A DNA stretch of 64,000 nt from Parcubacteria group bacterium (GCA_028286525.1 JAQBRL010000016.1:17924-81923), one strand, 5' to 3'. Shown: positions 36,902-46,341, counted from the first letter of the stretch. Numbers and translations are program-made. The notes: generated by a model from the sequence alone, not told the origin.

Positions 36902-37634
36902 ACAAACTAACTGGAGCGATTTTTGTCTTTCCGCGACGCACGACGAATTCTTGTACGAGAGCGACGATGTTGCTCGTAATGAAATAGAGCGCGATGGCGC
37001 CGGAAGCGTACGCGACGATACCGATGATGATGGGGAGCATGAAGCGCGCTTGGAGCGCCATGGTGCGCGCGAAGTCCGCACCGGGCGAGCCGCCTACTTC
37101 AGCGGAAGCCGGAGGAACCGGAATGGCGTACCACGCCTGCGCGAGCTGGGTAAGTCCCGCGAGTATGGCGAGCGGGATATTGTGCGCGGTAATGATCAGA
37201 AGGCCGAGGAACAGGGGAGAGACGAGCGCGGGAGCGTGCACGAACGAATACAGTAGCGAGGGATCGATCTTCGGGAGAGCTTCCGTACGGAATACCCAAT
37301 ACAAACCGATGATGATGGGGAGCTGGATGAAGATGGTCAGGAATCCTGCTGCCGGATGCACGTCGTATTTTTTATAGAGCGCCATCATTTCGCTCATTTG
37401 CTTCTCCTTATCCTCCTTATACGTCTCTCGAATCGCTTTCATCTCGGGATCCATCGCCTTCATCGCCTTTTGCGCTCGCGCAGCACTCATGGAAAGCGGC
37501 CAAAGAATGAGCTTAACGATGAGGGTCGCACCGATGATGGCGAGTCCGATATCCCCTCCTGGTATAACGGACACGAGGAACACGAGAAGGTTGTAGATCG
37601 GCACATACAGAATGGTGTGGAAGAAATTTCCCAT
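36900..37634 (-). CDS. yidC: Membrane protein insertase YidC/Oxa1
   Basis: IVKLILWPL, QLPIIIGLY and ALYFITSN; canonical synteny. Confidence 0.93.
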   Translation of the reverse strand: MGNFFHTILYVPIYNLLVFLVSVIPGGDIGLAIIGATLIVKLILWPLSMSAARAQKAMKAMDPEMKAIRETYKEDKEKQMSEMMALYKKYDVHPAAGFLTIFIQLPIIIGLYWVFRTEALPKIDPSLLYSFVHAPALVSPLFLGLLIITAHNIPLAILAGLTQLAQAWYAIPVPPASAEVGGSPGADFARTMALQARFMLPIIIGIVAYASGAIALYFITSNIVALVQEFVVRRGKTKIAPVSL

Positions 37635-37645
37635 GTCGCTATACC

Positions 37646-37963
37646 TTATACCTTCGGCAGGCTTGTGAGAAGGTCACCGAGCTCGCGCGCCAGGGTTCGA
37701 TAGGGAAGGGCAAGGCTTCCTGCGCGCGCATACATCACGAACGAACGCCCGGAGAGCACGTGCGGAGACGCTACGGCGAGCATGCGGCGCTTCAGGAGAT
37801 GCCGGTCCACCGCTCGTTTGGCGGTTTTCTTTGAAACCACCGCTGCAGCACGGCCCTCCACGCTCGGGGCTACCGTAACGGAAAAATGCGCCGATAGGGC
37901 GCGTTTTCCTGCTATGACCGGGCCGAACGTCGCCCGGGTGAGGCGCTTCGGACGAGGGAGCAT
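37646..37963 (-). CDS. rnpA: RNase P protein component
   Basis: MLPRPKRL and VVSKKTAKRAVDRHLLKRR; lies between rpmH and yidC. Confidence 0.9.
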   Translation of the reverse strand: MLPRPKRLTRATFGPVIAGKRALSAHFSVTVAPSVEGRAAAVVSKKTAKRAVDRHLLKRRMLAVASPHVLSGRSFVMYARAGSLALPYRTLARELGDLLTSLPKV

Positions 37964-37965
37964 GG

Positions 37966-38112
37966 CTATTCGGAGGAGACGGAGAGGCTCGAACGACCCT
38001 TGCGGCGGCGGCGCAAAAGCACGGCTTTGCCGCCGGGCGTAGCCGAACGGGCACGGAAACCGTGGGTCGTGGCGCGCTTCTTCTTCTTTGGCTGGTAGGT
38101 TCGCTTTGGCAT
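37966..38112 (-). CDS. rpmH: 50S ribosomal protein L34
   Basis: Hand translation [48 protein letters not shown]. Confidence 0.95.
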   Translation of the reverse strand: MPKRTYQPKKKKRATTHGFRARSATPGGKAVLLRRRRKGRSSLSVSSE

Positions 38113-38201
38113 GGTGAATGATTGTCCGGTTGGGTAAGGCGGTAAGTAAGTCGTTCAGCGCGGTCTCGTGAGTAGGGTAGTCGGCGACAGGTCGGCAGGG
38201 G

Positions 38202-38210
38202 TTATCCACA
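38202..38210 (+). promoter_or_regulatory. Consensus DnaA box upstream of dnaA
   Basis: Perfect TTATCCACA. Confidence 0.8.
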
Positions 38211-38379
38211 GGATAGTACCAGGTGAAGGGACCTGGGGCAAGAAACGGTTATTGGCAGGCGTGAGAATACGAGCAATATGGGGTAGTCCACCCATCCGTA
38301 CCACAAAGTCGGTCGATAAATCAATAGCGATTGCGGGCGATTGTACGGAAACTTCGCGCGTGGGTATACTAAGCGCACT

Positions 38380-39735
38380 ATGCAGCGTTTGGATACTCGC
38401 GAGCTTTGGGAATACGTACTGACCCAAGTCGAGCTATCCATTTCTCCCGCCAACTTCAATACCTGGTTCCGCGATAGTTCCATCGTAAAGGTAGAGGACG
38501 GCATCGTGTACGTCGGGGTCCCGAGCCAATTCTTCCGCGACTGGTACCTCAAGAAATTCCATACGCTCCTGCTCAAGATAATCCGTTCGGTGTCCTACGA
38601 GTACCGCAACATCGAGTACGCCATCGTGAAAGATGACCGGCGGAAACCAAAAGAAGCCCGTCGTTCCACGGTCCCGCAGCAGGTGGCGGAGTTGCCGCTC
38701 GATGAGTTCTATATCAATAAGAGCGATAACCTCAATCCCCGCTACACCTTCGACACGTTCGTCGTGGGAGCGTTCAATGACCTTGCGTATACCGCTGCGA
38801 TGGCGGCGATACAGCGCCCAGGCATCACGTACAATCCGTTCTTCATCTATGGGGACACCGGCCGCGGCAAGACCCACCTCATCCAGGCGATAGGGAACCA
38901 ATACAAGAAACTTTATCCGAATCGAAAGGTCTTCTACCTGACGAGCGAGAAATTCGGCACGGACTACACCGATTCGCTTCAAGCGGGTACTGCCAACCGT
39001 TTCAAGGAAAAGTATCGCCAGTACGACCTTTTGATCATGGACGATGTCCAGTTCCTTTCGAAGAAGGAGAAGATGCAGGAAGAGCTCTTCCACCTTTTCA
39101 ATGCGCTCTACGACAACAACAAGCAGATCATTTTCTCGAGCGATCGCTCGCCGCAATCCATCGCGGACATCGCGGACAGGCTGCGGGGACGCTTCCAGAG
39201 CGGTATGACGGTCGATATCGCGGAACCTGATATGGAAAGCCGCATGTCCATCGTCAGGAAAAAGGCCGCATTCCATGGGGTCGTACTCTCCGAAGAGGTC
39301 ATCGAGCACGTGGCGACCTCGGTTTCCGGCTCCATTCGCGAGCTCGAGGGCGTTATCAATTCCATTGTCTGCCATACGCAGGTGAAGGGGGTACCTCCGG
39401 ACCTTGCGGAAGTACGCCAGTCGCTTCGTTCCTTCTCCCGTCCGACAAAAACGGTTTCCGTGAAGCACATCGTCTCGAAAGTGGCGGAATTCTACGGCAT
39501 CGATGAGGAAAGCATCTACGAGAAGACCCGCAGAAGGGAGGTAGTGCGCCCGCGGCAGGTCATCATGTACATATTGCGCGAGGATTTCAGCGTGTCGTAC
39601 CCGACCATCGGTTCCAAGCTCGGGGGGCGCGATCATACGACCGTTATACACTCATGCGAGAAGGTGAAACGGGAGGTCATTCTGGATGCGGAGCTCGCCA
39701 AAGAGATCTCGGACATCCGTGGACTGTTGGTATAA
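38380..39735 (+). CDS. dnaA: Chromosomal replication initiator DnaA
   Basis: YNPFFIYGDTGRGKTHL, DDVQFL, RELEG and GGRDHTTVIH motifs. Confidence 0.97.
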   Translation: MQRLDTRELWEYVLTQVELSISPANFNTWFRDSSIVKVEDGIVYVGVPSQFFRDWYLKKFHTLLLKIIRSVSYEYRNIEYAIVKDDRRKPKEARRSTVPQQVAELPLDEFYINKSDNLNPRYTFDTFVVGAFNDLAYTAAMAAIQRPGITYNPFFIYGDTGRGKTHLIQAIGNQYKKLYPNRKVFYLTSEKFGTDYTDSLQAGTANRFKEKYRQYDLLIMDDVQFLSKKEKMQEELFHLFNALYDNNKQIIFSSDRSPQSIADIADRLRGRFQSGMTVDIAEPDMESRMSIVRKKAAFHGVVLSEEVIEHVATSVSGSIRELEGVINSIVCHTQVKGVPPDLAEVRQSLRSFSRPTKTVSVKHIVSKVAEFYGIDEESIYEKTRRREVVRPRQVIMYILREDFSVSYPTIGSKLGGRDHTTVIHSCEKVKREVILDAELAKEISDIRGLLV

Positions 39736-39961
39736 CTGGGGAAAAGCTGGGTATAGCGTATGGAAAAGATTGAGGAAAACGAGGGGATAACAGGAGTAAA
39801 AACGGCCCTTATCCCCGGCTCTCTTTTTACCTCTACCGCTATCCCCACGAGCTATGCTACGTTTTCAACAGATTGTGAGAAACCGCTCGCTCGTGCCGCC
39901 CTTCATCTTGGCTTCATAATCGAGTTTTCCCCCTATCAACAGGCCTAATAATAGTATTAGT
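39736..39961. other. Probable oriC (dnaA-dnaN intergenic region)
   Basis: About ten degenerate DnaA boxes in two opposed arrays plus AT-rich TAATAATAGTATTAG. Confidence 0.75.
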
Positions 39962-41062
39962 ATGGTTATCACTATAGGAAAGAAAGAATTCGCGGAGGCT
40001 GTGAACACCGCGTCTCGATTTGCAGAACGACGCAGTGCGACGCTCCCCGTTCTCTCAGGAATAGCCATCATCGCGGGGGACGATGGCATCAAGCTGCGTG
40101 CAACGAATCTCGAGACCGGCATCGATCTACGGGTGGAAGGCACCATCAAGGATCCGGGGGTCATCGCGCTTCCGGCGACGGTCTTGCGGGAGATAACCTC
40201 CTCGTTCAGCGGAAGCGGCTCTATGACGCTCGAGCACGCGGGAGAAACCGTCGTCATAACCTCTGATAGCGGCAAGAGCACGCTCAAGACGTTGCCCTAC
40301 GAGGATTTCCCTGTACTCCCTCTTCCCGAGGCTCCTAAGGCGAAATTTTCGGTTGCAGGAGATGCGTTCCGGAATCTCGTCGGCTCGGTCGTCGCCTGCG
40401 CCTCTACGTCGACGGTGCGCCCGGAGCTCGCCAGCGTGCTCATCACCGCTGAAGGGGGTGTCGTGAAGGCGGTCGCCACCGATTCATTTCGTCTCGCCGA
40501 AAAACGCTCGTCGCTCTCGGGAAAACTCCCGCCTTTTTCCATGCTCATTCCCGCCAAGAATGCTCTCGATATACTCCAGGCGCTTCCGGACGAAGAGATA
40601 ACCATCATGCTCGATGATCACCAGTGCGCGTTCTCCTGGAAGGATGGCGTCCTGACGACCCGTCTCGTCGCGAGTACGTATCCGGACTACACGCAGATAA
40701 TCCCGAAATCATTCGTGTCCGAAGCCACGGTACTGCGCAAGGATCTCGAACAAGGGCTGCGTCGTGTGGCCGTATTCTCCGATGCATTCCAAAAAGTGCG
40801 TATCGCATTCTCTCCTGAAGATAAACAGGTCATGCTCGCGGCCCGTAATACGGATATCGGAGAATCAAGCGAGCATATTTCCGCATCGATAACGGGAGAA
40901 GGCATCGAACTCTCGTTCAATCATCGCTATCTTGCAGCTCCCTTAGCGCTCATCGGCGCGGACAGCATCACTATTTCAGCAAGCGGTATCGGGCGCGCCG
41001 CAGTCATCCGAGGCACAGGAGATAATTCGTTCCTCTATCTGGTGATGCCGATGAATCAGTAG
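39962..41062 (+). CDS. dnaN: DNA polymerase III beta clamp
   Basis: ATNLE, VATDSFRLAE, YPDY and C-terminal YLVMPM. Confidence 0.96.
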   Translation: MVITIGKKEFAEAVNTASRFAERRSATLPVLSGIAIIAGDDGIKLRATNLETGIDLRVEGTIKDPGVIALPATVLREITSSFSGSGSMTLEHAGETVVITSDSGKSTLKTLPYEDFPVLPLPEAPKAKFSVAGDAFRNLVGSVVACASTSTVRPELASVLITAEGGVVKAVATDSFRLAEKRSSLSGKLPPFSMLIPAKNALDILQALPDEEITIMLDDHQCAFSWKDGVLTTRLVASTYPDYTQIIPKSFVSEATVLRKDLEQGLRRVAVFSDAFQKVRIAFSPEDKQVMLAARNTDIGESSEHISASITGEGIELSFNHRYLAAPLALIGADSITISASGIGRAAVIRGTGDNSFLYLVMPMNQ

Positions 41063-41065
41063 GGT

Positions 41066-43261
41066 CTACAGCGTCGGAACGGGAAGGGTGGGCGAGATAG
41101 GAGTTACAGGCATGACCGGAATTCCATCGGGCGTAGTAGTCGGAGCAGCTGCGTTGCCGCCATTCCAGGACTGCACCGGATATTCCCACCGGGCGAATTG
41201 AGGGTCACTCCACGGGTTCGTAGGGGGCGGGCCCTGCGGATCGTCTTTATCTACCCAGTACAGGATGTCGTGCACGCCCGTTGCGCCCACATAGGAACCA
41301 CGCAGCGCTGCCGGGGCGGTATCGGGAATAGCGGGCGGTTGCGTAAAGTAGCTTACGGGATATTTTGCGAGCGCGACCGCCATGAATGCGTGCCACATAG
41401 GAGCCACCACATAGCCAGCTATTTCCTTGACCATCGGTTTGTTGTCGTTATTTCCTGCCCAGGTACCCACGACGATGTCGGGCGAGAATCCTATCGTCCA
41501 CACGTCGCGATAATCATTGGTCGTACCGGTCTTTGCGGCTACATCGTATCCATTGAAGTGCAGCGGGTTATCGGCGGAGTATTCAGGAAAGCGTGCCCCG
41601 TTGTCGGAGAGCATGCCGGTCATTTCATGCGCGATATCAGGATTGAGCACCTGTTGCGGCTGCGCCTTATATTCCTCAAGGAGCTTTCCAGTGTTATCAG
41701 CGACCGAAACGATGCCGGTAGGAGGGTTGCGAATGCCATCGTTCGCGAAGACGCCATACGCGCTCGTGATATCGAGCAGACGCACTTCAGCTGCACCGAG
41801 CGCAAACGAGAGTCCATAATCCTTTGCCTGTCCGAGCGTGGTGATACCGAGGGAAGTCGCAAGATTGATAACGTTCTGGATACCCGCGAGATAGAGGGTC
41901 TTGACCGCCGGCACGTTTATCGATTGCGCGAGCGCGGTAGTGAACGTCATAGGACCGCGGAACTTATCATCGAAGTTCGAAGGGGCGTAGCAGGGCGGGG
42001 TGTCGTTGTAATTATCGGATACGGCGCATGCGGTCGAGAACTGCGTCGGAAGATCGAACACGATGGTCTGCGGCGTATAGCCCTTCAATAGAGCGGCCGT
42101 GTAGACGAACGGCTTGAAGGAGGAACCCGGCTGCCGTAGCGAGAGCACATCGTTATAGCTTCCTTGTACCGACGCATCGAAATAATCGCGCGAACCCACC
42201 ATCGCCAGTATCTGGCCGGTCTTGGGGTCTATCGCCACGAGCGCCGCATTGCTCGCATTGAACTTGGCTTGATTCGTGATGGCGTACTGGCTCACGATAG
42301 TCTCTGCGGAGTGCTGCAGATCGATATCGAGCGTCGTGATGACGTTCAATCCGTTGTTGACCGCGTCCGGGCCGTATTTATCCTCGAGGTACTGCTCGAT
42401 ATAGAACACGAAATGCGGCGCGATGATGGAGCCATTCTGCTGGGGGGTAAACGCAACGACCTCGCTCTTGGCCTGCTGATACTGCGCGTCGGTGATATAG
42501 CCCAGTTCCTTCATGCGTGCGAGCACGACGTTCTTACGGGTATCAAGAACGGTACGATTCTGGCCGTAGGGAGAATAGCGCGACGGTGCCTGGGGAAGCG
42601 CGGCGATGTAGGCGGCCTCGGCGAGGTCTACATCCTTTGCGGACTTTCCGAAGAATGCGCGACTGGCTGCTTCGACTCCGTAGAGCGTGCCGCCATAAGG
42701 CGTGTCGTTCAGATAGAACCCCAGTATCTGGTCCTTCGAATAGATCTGCTCGAGTTTGATGGCGAGTATCCATTCATGCACTTTACGGGAGATGCTCTTC
42801 TGCCCTGTAAGCAGGCTATTTTTTACCACCTGCTGCGTGATGGTGGAGCCTCCCTGGTCGAACGAGCCGTGGGTAAGGTCGACGAATATGGACCGGAGGA
42901 TGCCTGTGATGCTGATACCGCCGTGCTTATAGAAATTCGAGTCTTCGATCGCTATGGTCGCCTGCTTGATGTAGGGCGAGATATCCTCGATCGGCACTTG
43001 ATTGCGGCGAATGTCGCGGTTGAGATCGTAGAGGACGGTTTTTCCGGTACGGTCGTATATTTTCGTCGATTGCGTGACTTTCCGGGTGTCGAAAGAATCG
43101 AGGCCAGGGGTAGGGGTAAGAGCTATCCAAAGAATAGTGACGCTCGCGACGAACAGCACCACGCCGAGCGCCATAAAGGCCAGACGCATTGTGGGATGCG
43201 GGTCACGCAGATGCTTACGAATGGCTCCACTGATATCGTGTTTACGCTTCACACGGGACAT
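41066..43261 (-). CDS. Class A penicillin-binding protein (PBP1A family)
   Basis: EDSNFYKH, GGSTITQQ and RKVHE glycosyltransferase motifs; SSFK, SIN and KTG transpeptidase motifs. Confidence 0.93.
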   Translation of the reverse strand: MSRVKRKHDISGAIRKHLRDPHPTMRLAFMALGVVLFVASVTILWIALTPTPGLDSFDTRKVTQSTKIYDRTGKTVLYDLNRDIRRNQVPIEDISPYIKQATIAIEDSNFYKHGGISITGILRSIFVDLTHGSFDQGGSTITQQVVKNSLLTGQKSISRKVHEWILAIKLEQIYSKDQILGFYLNDTPYGGTLYGVEAASRAFFGKSAKDVDLAEAAYIAALPQAPSRYSPYGQNRTVLDTRKNVVLARMKELGYITDAQYQQAKSEVVAFTPQQNGSIIAPHFVFYIEQYLEDKYGPDAVNNGLNVITTLDIDLQHSAETIVSQYAITNQAKFNASNAALVAIDPKTGQILAMVGSRDYFDASVQGSYNDVLSLRQPGSSFKPFVYTAALLKGYTPQTIVFDLPTQFSTACAVSDNYNDTPPCYAPSNFDDKFRGPMTFTTALAQSINVPAVKTLYLAGIQNVINLATSLGITTLGQAKDYGLSFALGAAEVRLLDITSAYGVFANDGIRNPPTGIVSVADNTGKLLEEYKAQPQQVLNPDIAHEMTGMLSDNGARFPEYSADNPLHFNGYDVAAKTGTTNDYRDVWTIGFSPDIVVGTWAGNNDNKPMVKEIAGYVVAPMWHAFMAVALAKYPVSYFTQPPAIPDTAPAALRGSYVGATGVHDILYWVDKDDPQGPPPTNPWSDPQFARWEYPVQSWNGGNAAAPTTTPDGIPVMPVTPISPTLPVPTL

Positions 43262-43283
43262 GCAGGCAATGCTATCACAAAGA

Positions 43284-43303
43284 ACGGCCCCGCGCGGGGC
43301 CGT
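43284..43303 (-). terminator. GC hairpin downstream of the acidic micro-ORF
   Basis: ACGGCCCC-gcgc-GGGGCCGT followed by TCTTT on the minus strand. Confidence 0.6.
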
Positions 43304-43314
43304 ATCTTCCTATG

Positions 43315-43425
43315 TTAGTCCTCTTCCGGCACGATCGGCGGATCATCCTCGGTCTCTTCGTCATCAAGATCGAGTTCTTCTTCGTCTCCACCGCCGTTCA
43401 CCTCTAGTATTTCGTCGTCAGACAT
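43315..43425 (-). CDS. Highly acidic 36-aa microprotein
   Basis: Hand translation MSDDEILEVNGGGDEEELDLDDEETEDDPPIVPEED*; has its own hairpin terminator. Confidence 0.55.
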   Translation of the reverse strand: MSDDEILEVNGGGDEEELDLDDEETEDDPPIVPEED

Positions 43426-43494
43426 ATATAAATCGCTTTGATTAATGGATGCTCCTCCATTTCAGCAAAACCCTACTACTTTGCAAGTCGTTCT

Positions 43495-43965
43495 CTACCT
43501 GCGTGTGGACAACCCCGCGATGGCGATGGCGATGGCGTCGAACTCGTCGTCCAGGCGTTTTTTTGGCGGCAGCGTCAGAAGTTTGGGCACCATCAGCGCT
43601 ATCGCTTTCTTATCCGCATTCCCATATCCGGTGACAGCGAGCTTTACCGTGCCTGGCGAGAACTCGAGTACCGGGAGTCCTTCCGCACCGATTGCGGAAA
43701 GGACGGCACCGCGCGCCTCGGCCACCGCGAGCGCGGTCTTTTTATTCGTACTGAAATAAAGCGTTTCGAGCGCCACTGCATCAGGCGCATATGCACGTAT
43801 CGCGTCCGTCACCGCGTCCGTCACCGCGGAAAGGCGTTCTTCTGCCGTACCCGCAGCTGGCCTCACGCACTCGCTCCATATGTGCGTCGGGCGGGACGGA
43901 TCGCCTTCGAGCACGGCGAGGCCTAAGCGATCGAAACCTGGATCGATTCCCAGTATCCTACTCAT
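43495..43965 (-). CDS. ruvC: Holliday junction resolvase RuvC
   Basis: ILGIDPG, VAEARG, VTGYGNADK and DDEFDAIAIA motifs. Confidence 0.95.
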   Translation of the reverse strand: MSRILGIDPGFDRLGLAVLEGDPSRPTHIWSECVRPAAGTAEERLSAVTDAVTDAIRAYAPDAVALETLYFSTNKKTALAVAEARGAVLSAIGAEGLPVLEFSPGTVKLAVTGYGNADKKAIALMVPKLLTLPPKKRLDDEFDAIAIAIAGLSTRR

Positions 43966-44518
43966 CGCTCGTGGTTTCATACCCGCGCGCGTTCGTGAAT
44001 ACCTGTTGCACATCCTCCTGCTCGTCGAAGAGGGTCAGTAGCTCGCCGAGTTTAGTTTCGTCGTCTCCTGTGACTTCCATCAAGGGCTCGTTCGGTGCGA
44101 AAGAGCCGGCAGGGGACTTGGTAAATGCCCAGAGCGCGCTTCCAGGTGTACCAAGCTCGTACCCGTTCTTCGTGAGTAGGTGCTTTATCTCCTGTGTGGT
44201 GCGGTTACGGTTATCGGTGAGCGCGTCCGCGATGAATGCGACGCCGCCAGGTCCATAGAATTCGTACGTCACTTGCTCGAGCGCAGCAGCGTCTTTGCTC
44301 GTACCTTTGGCGACCGCCCGTTCGATATTATCTTTGGGCATATTGGCCGCTTTGGCGCGCTCGATAGCGGTAGCAAGCCCAGGGGAGGAAAGATTCCCCG
44401 CTGCCTTCTTCGCCTCCACGGTAATGAGACGCGCGAAGCGCGAGAAGGTACGGCTTCTAGCTGCGTCGGTGACGCCTTTCTGCCTCTTTATCTGTGACCA
44501 TTTGCTGTGTCCGCTCAT
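43958..44518 (-). CDS. YebC/PmpR-family protein
   Basis: MSGHSKW, NMPKDNIERA and TDNRNRT motifs. Confidence 0.93.
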   Translation of the reverse strand: MSGHSKWSQIKRQKGVTDAARSRTFSRFARLITVEAKKAAGNLSSPGLATAIERAKAANMPKDNIERAVAKGTSKDAAALEQVTYEFYGPGGVAFIADALTDNRNRTTQEIKHLLTKNGYELGTPGSALWAFTKSPAGSFAPNEPLMEVTGDDETKLGELLTLFDEQEDVQQVFTNARGYETTSDE

Positions 44519-44556
44519 AACATTCACTATAGCAAAACGTCAGAATTCAGACTCAA

Positions 44557-45054
44557 CTATCTATGACGTTCCGTTTCAAGCCAATCGTTGAAGGCAGCGT
44601 AAAATTCTCCATTTATTGCCAAATCGTTATCCACTACTTCTGGACTTTCGTTGGTAATAATTTGAAAGCTTTCCTCAGGAGAATACGTTGTGAGACATGG
44701 AACTCCAATTCTTGTATTGGATTTTCCATCCCATTCAGAGATAGGAAGAATGTTATGTAAGGAAATGTCCCATGTAGCATCAACCTTTATCCATTCGTTC
44801 TCAATTTCCGCTTCAAGGTACGCATGCGTGGAGTCGTCTCCATGTGGAGCTTCTACTACGATAGTGGGCAATGGAATATGGCTCCACTTGAAAGTGCATA
44901 CCCGCCACCGAACACTCAATCCCTGATTTTCCAAACTAGCTTTGAGCTGTTTATGTTTACCAGTACATGAGAAATCAGTTTCCTTCGAGGTTAAAGGGAT
45001 GCGATACGGAATATCTCTAACCCGATAGAATTCTTCGCGAAGAATATTTTCCAT
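44557..45054 (-). CDS. Transglutaminase-like cysteine-protease-fold protein, AT-rich insert
   Basis: VRDIPY, CTGKH, HAYLE and VDATWD (Cys-His-Asp); visibly lower GC than its neighbours. Confidence 0.7.
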   Translation of the reverse strand: MENILREEFYRVRDIPYRIPLTSKETDFSCTGKHKQLKASLENQGLSVRWRVCTFKWSHIPLPTIVVEAPHGDDSTHAYLEAEIENEWIKVDATWDISLHNILPISEWDGKSNTRIGVPCLTTYSPEESFQIITNESPEVVDNDLAINGEFYAAFNDWLETERHR

Positions 45055-45064
45055 TTCAGAATTC

Positions 45065-46048
45065 TTAACTCTGTAGCAAATATCGTTTCCCCTCATCAGT
45101 GAGGATACGGCCGCGAGAGGAACGCTCGATGAAACCAAGGCGTAGGAGGTACGGCTCATATACGTTTTCGATGGTATCCGGGTCCTCGTGCATGGAGCTC
45201 GCAAGCGCACGCACGCCAGCAGGACCGCCCTTGAAACCAGTACGAAGCGTTTCGAGATAGCGACGATCGTCTTTCGTGAGCCCGAGCGAGTCGATACCGA
45301 ACAATTGGCACGCCTCGTCGCATACTTCAGGCGTAAGCGGGCGCTCGTGCACCTCGGAAAAATCACGAACGCGCTTGAGAAGGGCATTCGCCACGCGCGG
45401 AGTGGCCCGGCTGCGGCTCGCGATGCGCTCGATAACAGCAGGGGAAGCATCGATACCGAGCTTTTCCGCCGAGCGCGCAATAATTGAGCGCAATTCGTCG
45501 TCGGTATAGAAATCGAGCTGGTACACGCCGCCACCGAAGCGCGAGCGAAGGGGACTTGAAAGCTGCGCCATACGCGTGGTCGCGCCCACGAGCATGAACG
45601 GGGGAAGAGTAAGCTCGACCGTGCGAGCGGAAGGACCTTTTCCGAGAATAATATCGAGCGAGCCGGACTCGAGTGCTGGGTACAGAAGCTCCTCTATCTT
45701 GTGCGAGAGCTGGTGTATCTCGTCGATGAAGAGCACGGTACCTGGCTCAAGGTTCGTGAGGATGGCAGCGAGGTCGCCTGCGCGCTCTATCGCGACCCCT
45801 GACGTGGTCTTCAAGGGTGCCTCGAGCGTGATGGCGACTAGATGGGCGAGCGTGGTCTTGCCGACGCCCGGCGGACCGTAGAAAAGCACGTGCTCGGGCA
45901 TGTCGCCCCGCTTCTTGGCTGCCTGCAGGAGCACTTTGATGTTGGCTTTTACGTGGCCCTGGCCCATGTATTCGTCCCACAAGGTAGGACGAAGCGCCGA
46001 ATCGAGGACGCCATCACGGCTCTTTAGAAGGTCGGGGGTACTTGACAT
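45065..46048 (-). CDS. ruvB: Holliday junction helicase RuvB
   Basis: LRP, GPPGVGKTT, FIDEIH, GATTR and YEPYL motifs. Confidence 0.96.
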   Translation of the reverse strand: MSSTPDLLKSRDGVLDSALRPTLWDEYMGQGHVKANIKVLLQAAKKRGDMPEHVLFYGPPGVGKTTLAHLVAITLEAPLKTTSGVAIERAGDLAAILTNLEPGTVLFIDEIHQLSHKIEELLYPALESGSLDIILGKGPSARTVELTLPPFMLVGATTRMAQLSSPLRSRFGGGVYQLDFYTDDELRSIIARSAEKLGIDASPAVIERIASRSRATPRVANALLKRVRDFSEVHERPLTPEVCDEACQLFGIDSLGLTKDDRRYLETLRTGFKGGPAGVRALASSMHEDPDTIENVYEPYLLRLGFIERSSRGRILTDEGKRYLLQS

Positions 46049-46069
46049 AAAATCGTACTATGCTAGTAT
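46042..46069 (+). promoter_or_regulatory. sigma70 promoter divergent from ruvB
   Basis: TTGACA-16-TAGTAT with a TGn extension. Confidence 0.6.
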
Positions 46070-46135
46070 TCTAGCACACGAGGGTTGGCCTTGTGAGGAC
46101 CTTTCTCACGGGGCTTTTTCTTTGCTCCATACATT

Positions 46136-46293
46136 TTCCTGAATAGTACCCTCTAGGCAAGGCTTGACGGCTTAGGGCGTCTCCCCAAGGATCAATCGGT
46201 ACCACGCTTGTACGTGGAGCGCTGACTGTCTCCTCAGGCGTTTCGTTCACCTTCTGCTTGCAGAAGGAGTGCCTGGAGGGTACTGCGCAGGAA
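46136..46293 (+). ncRNA. ssrS: Probable 6S RNA
   Basis: Rod fold: 15-bp closing stem AGTACCCTCTAGGCA/TGCCTGGAGGGTACT, central bubble with 3' hairpin TTCACCTTCTGC-TT-GCAGAAGG, apical stem CCACG/CGTGG; followed by a terminator. Confidence 0.65.
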
Positions 46294-46297
46294 TGCA

Positions 46298-46332
46298 GCA
46301 AAAATCACCGCTTTCGCGGTGATTTTTGCTTT
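46298..46332. terminator. Bidirectional intrinsic terminator
   Basis: GCAAAAATCACCGC-tttc-GCGGTGATTTTTGC. Confidence 0.8.
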
Positions 46333-46341
46333 GATTTCGCT

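Noticed and set aside
37964-38209. N-terminal extension of the 187-aa rnpA ORF
   Set aside because: It overlaps rpmH in another frame; the true start is ATG 37963
45055-45534. Upstream half of the 325-aa ORF 44557-45534
   Set aside because: It overlaps ruvB out of frame; the plausible gene starts at 45054
46136-46293. SRP RNA, tmRNA or RNase P RNA
   Set aside because: No SRP domain IV GGAA-loop motif, no tRNA-like ends and no RNase P P4 consensus
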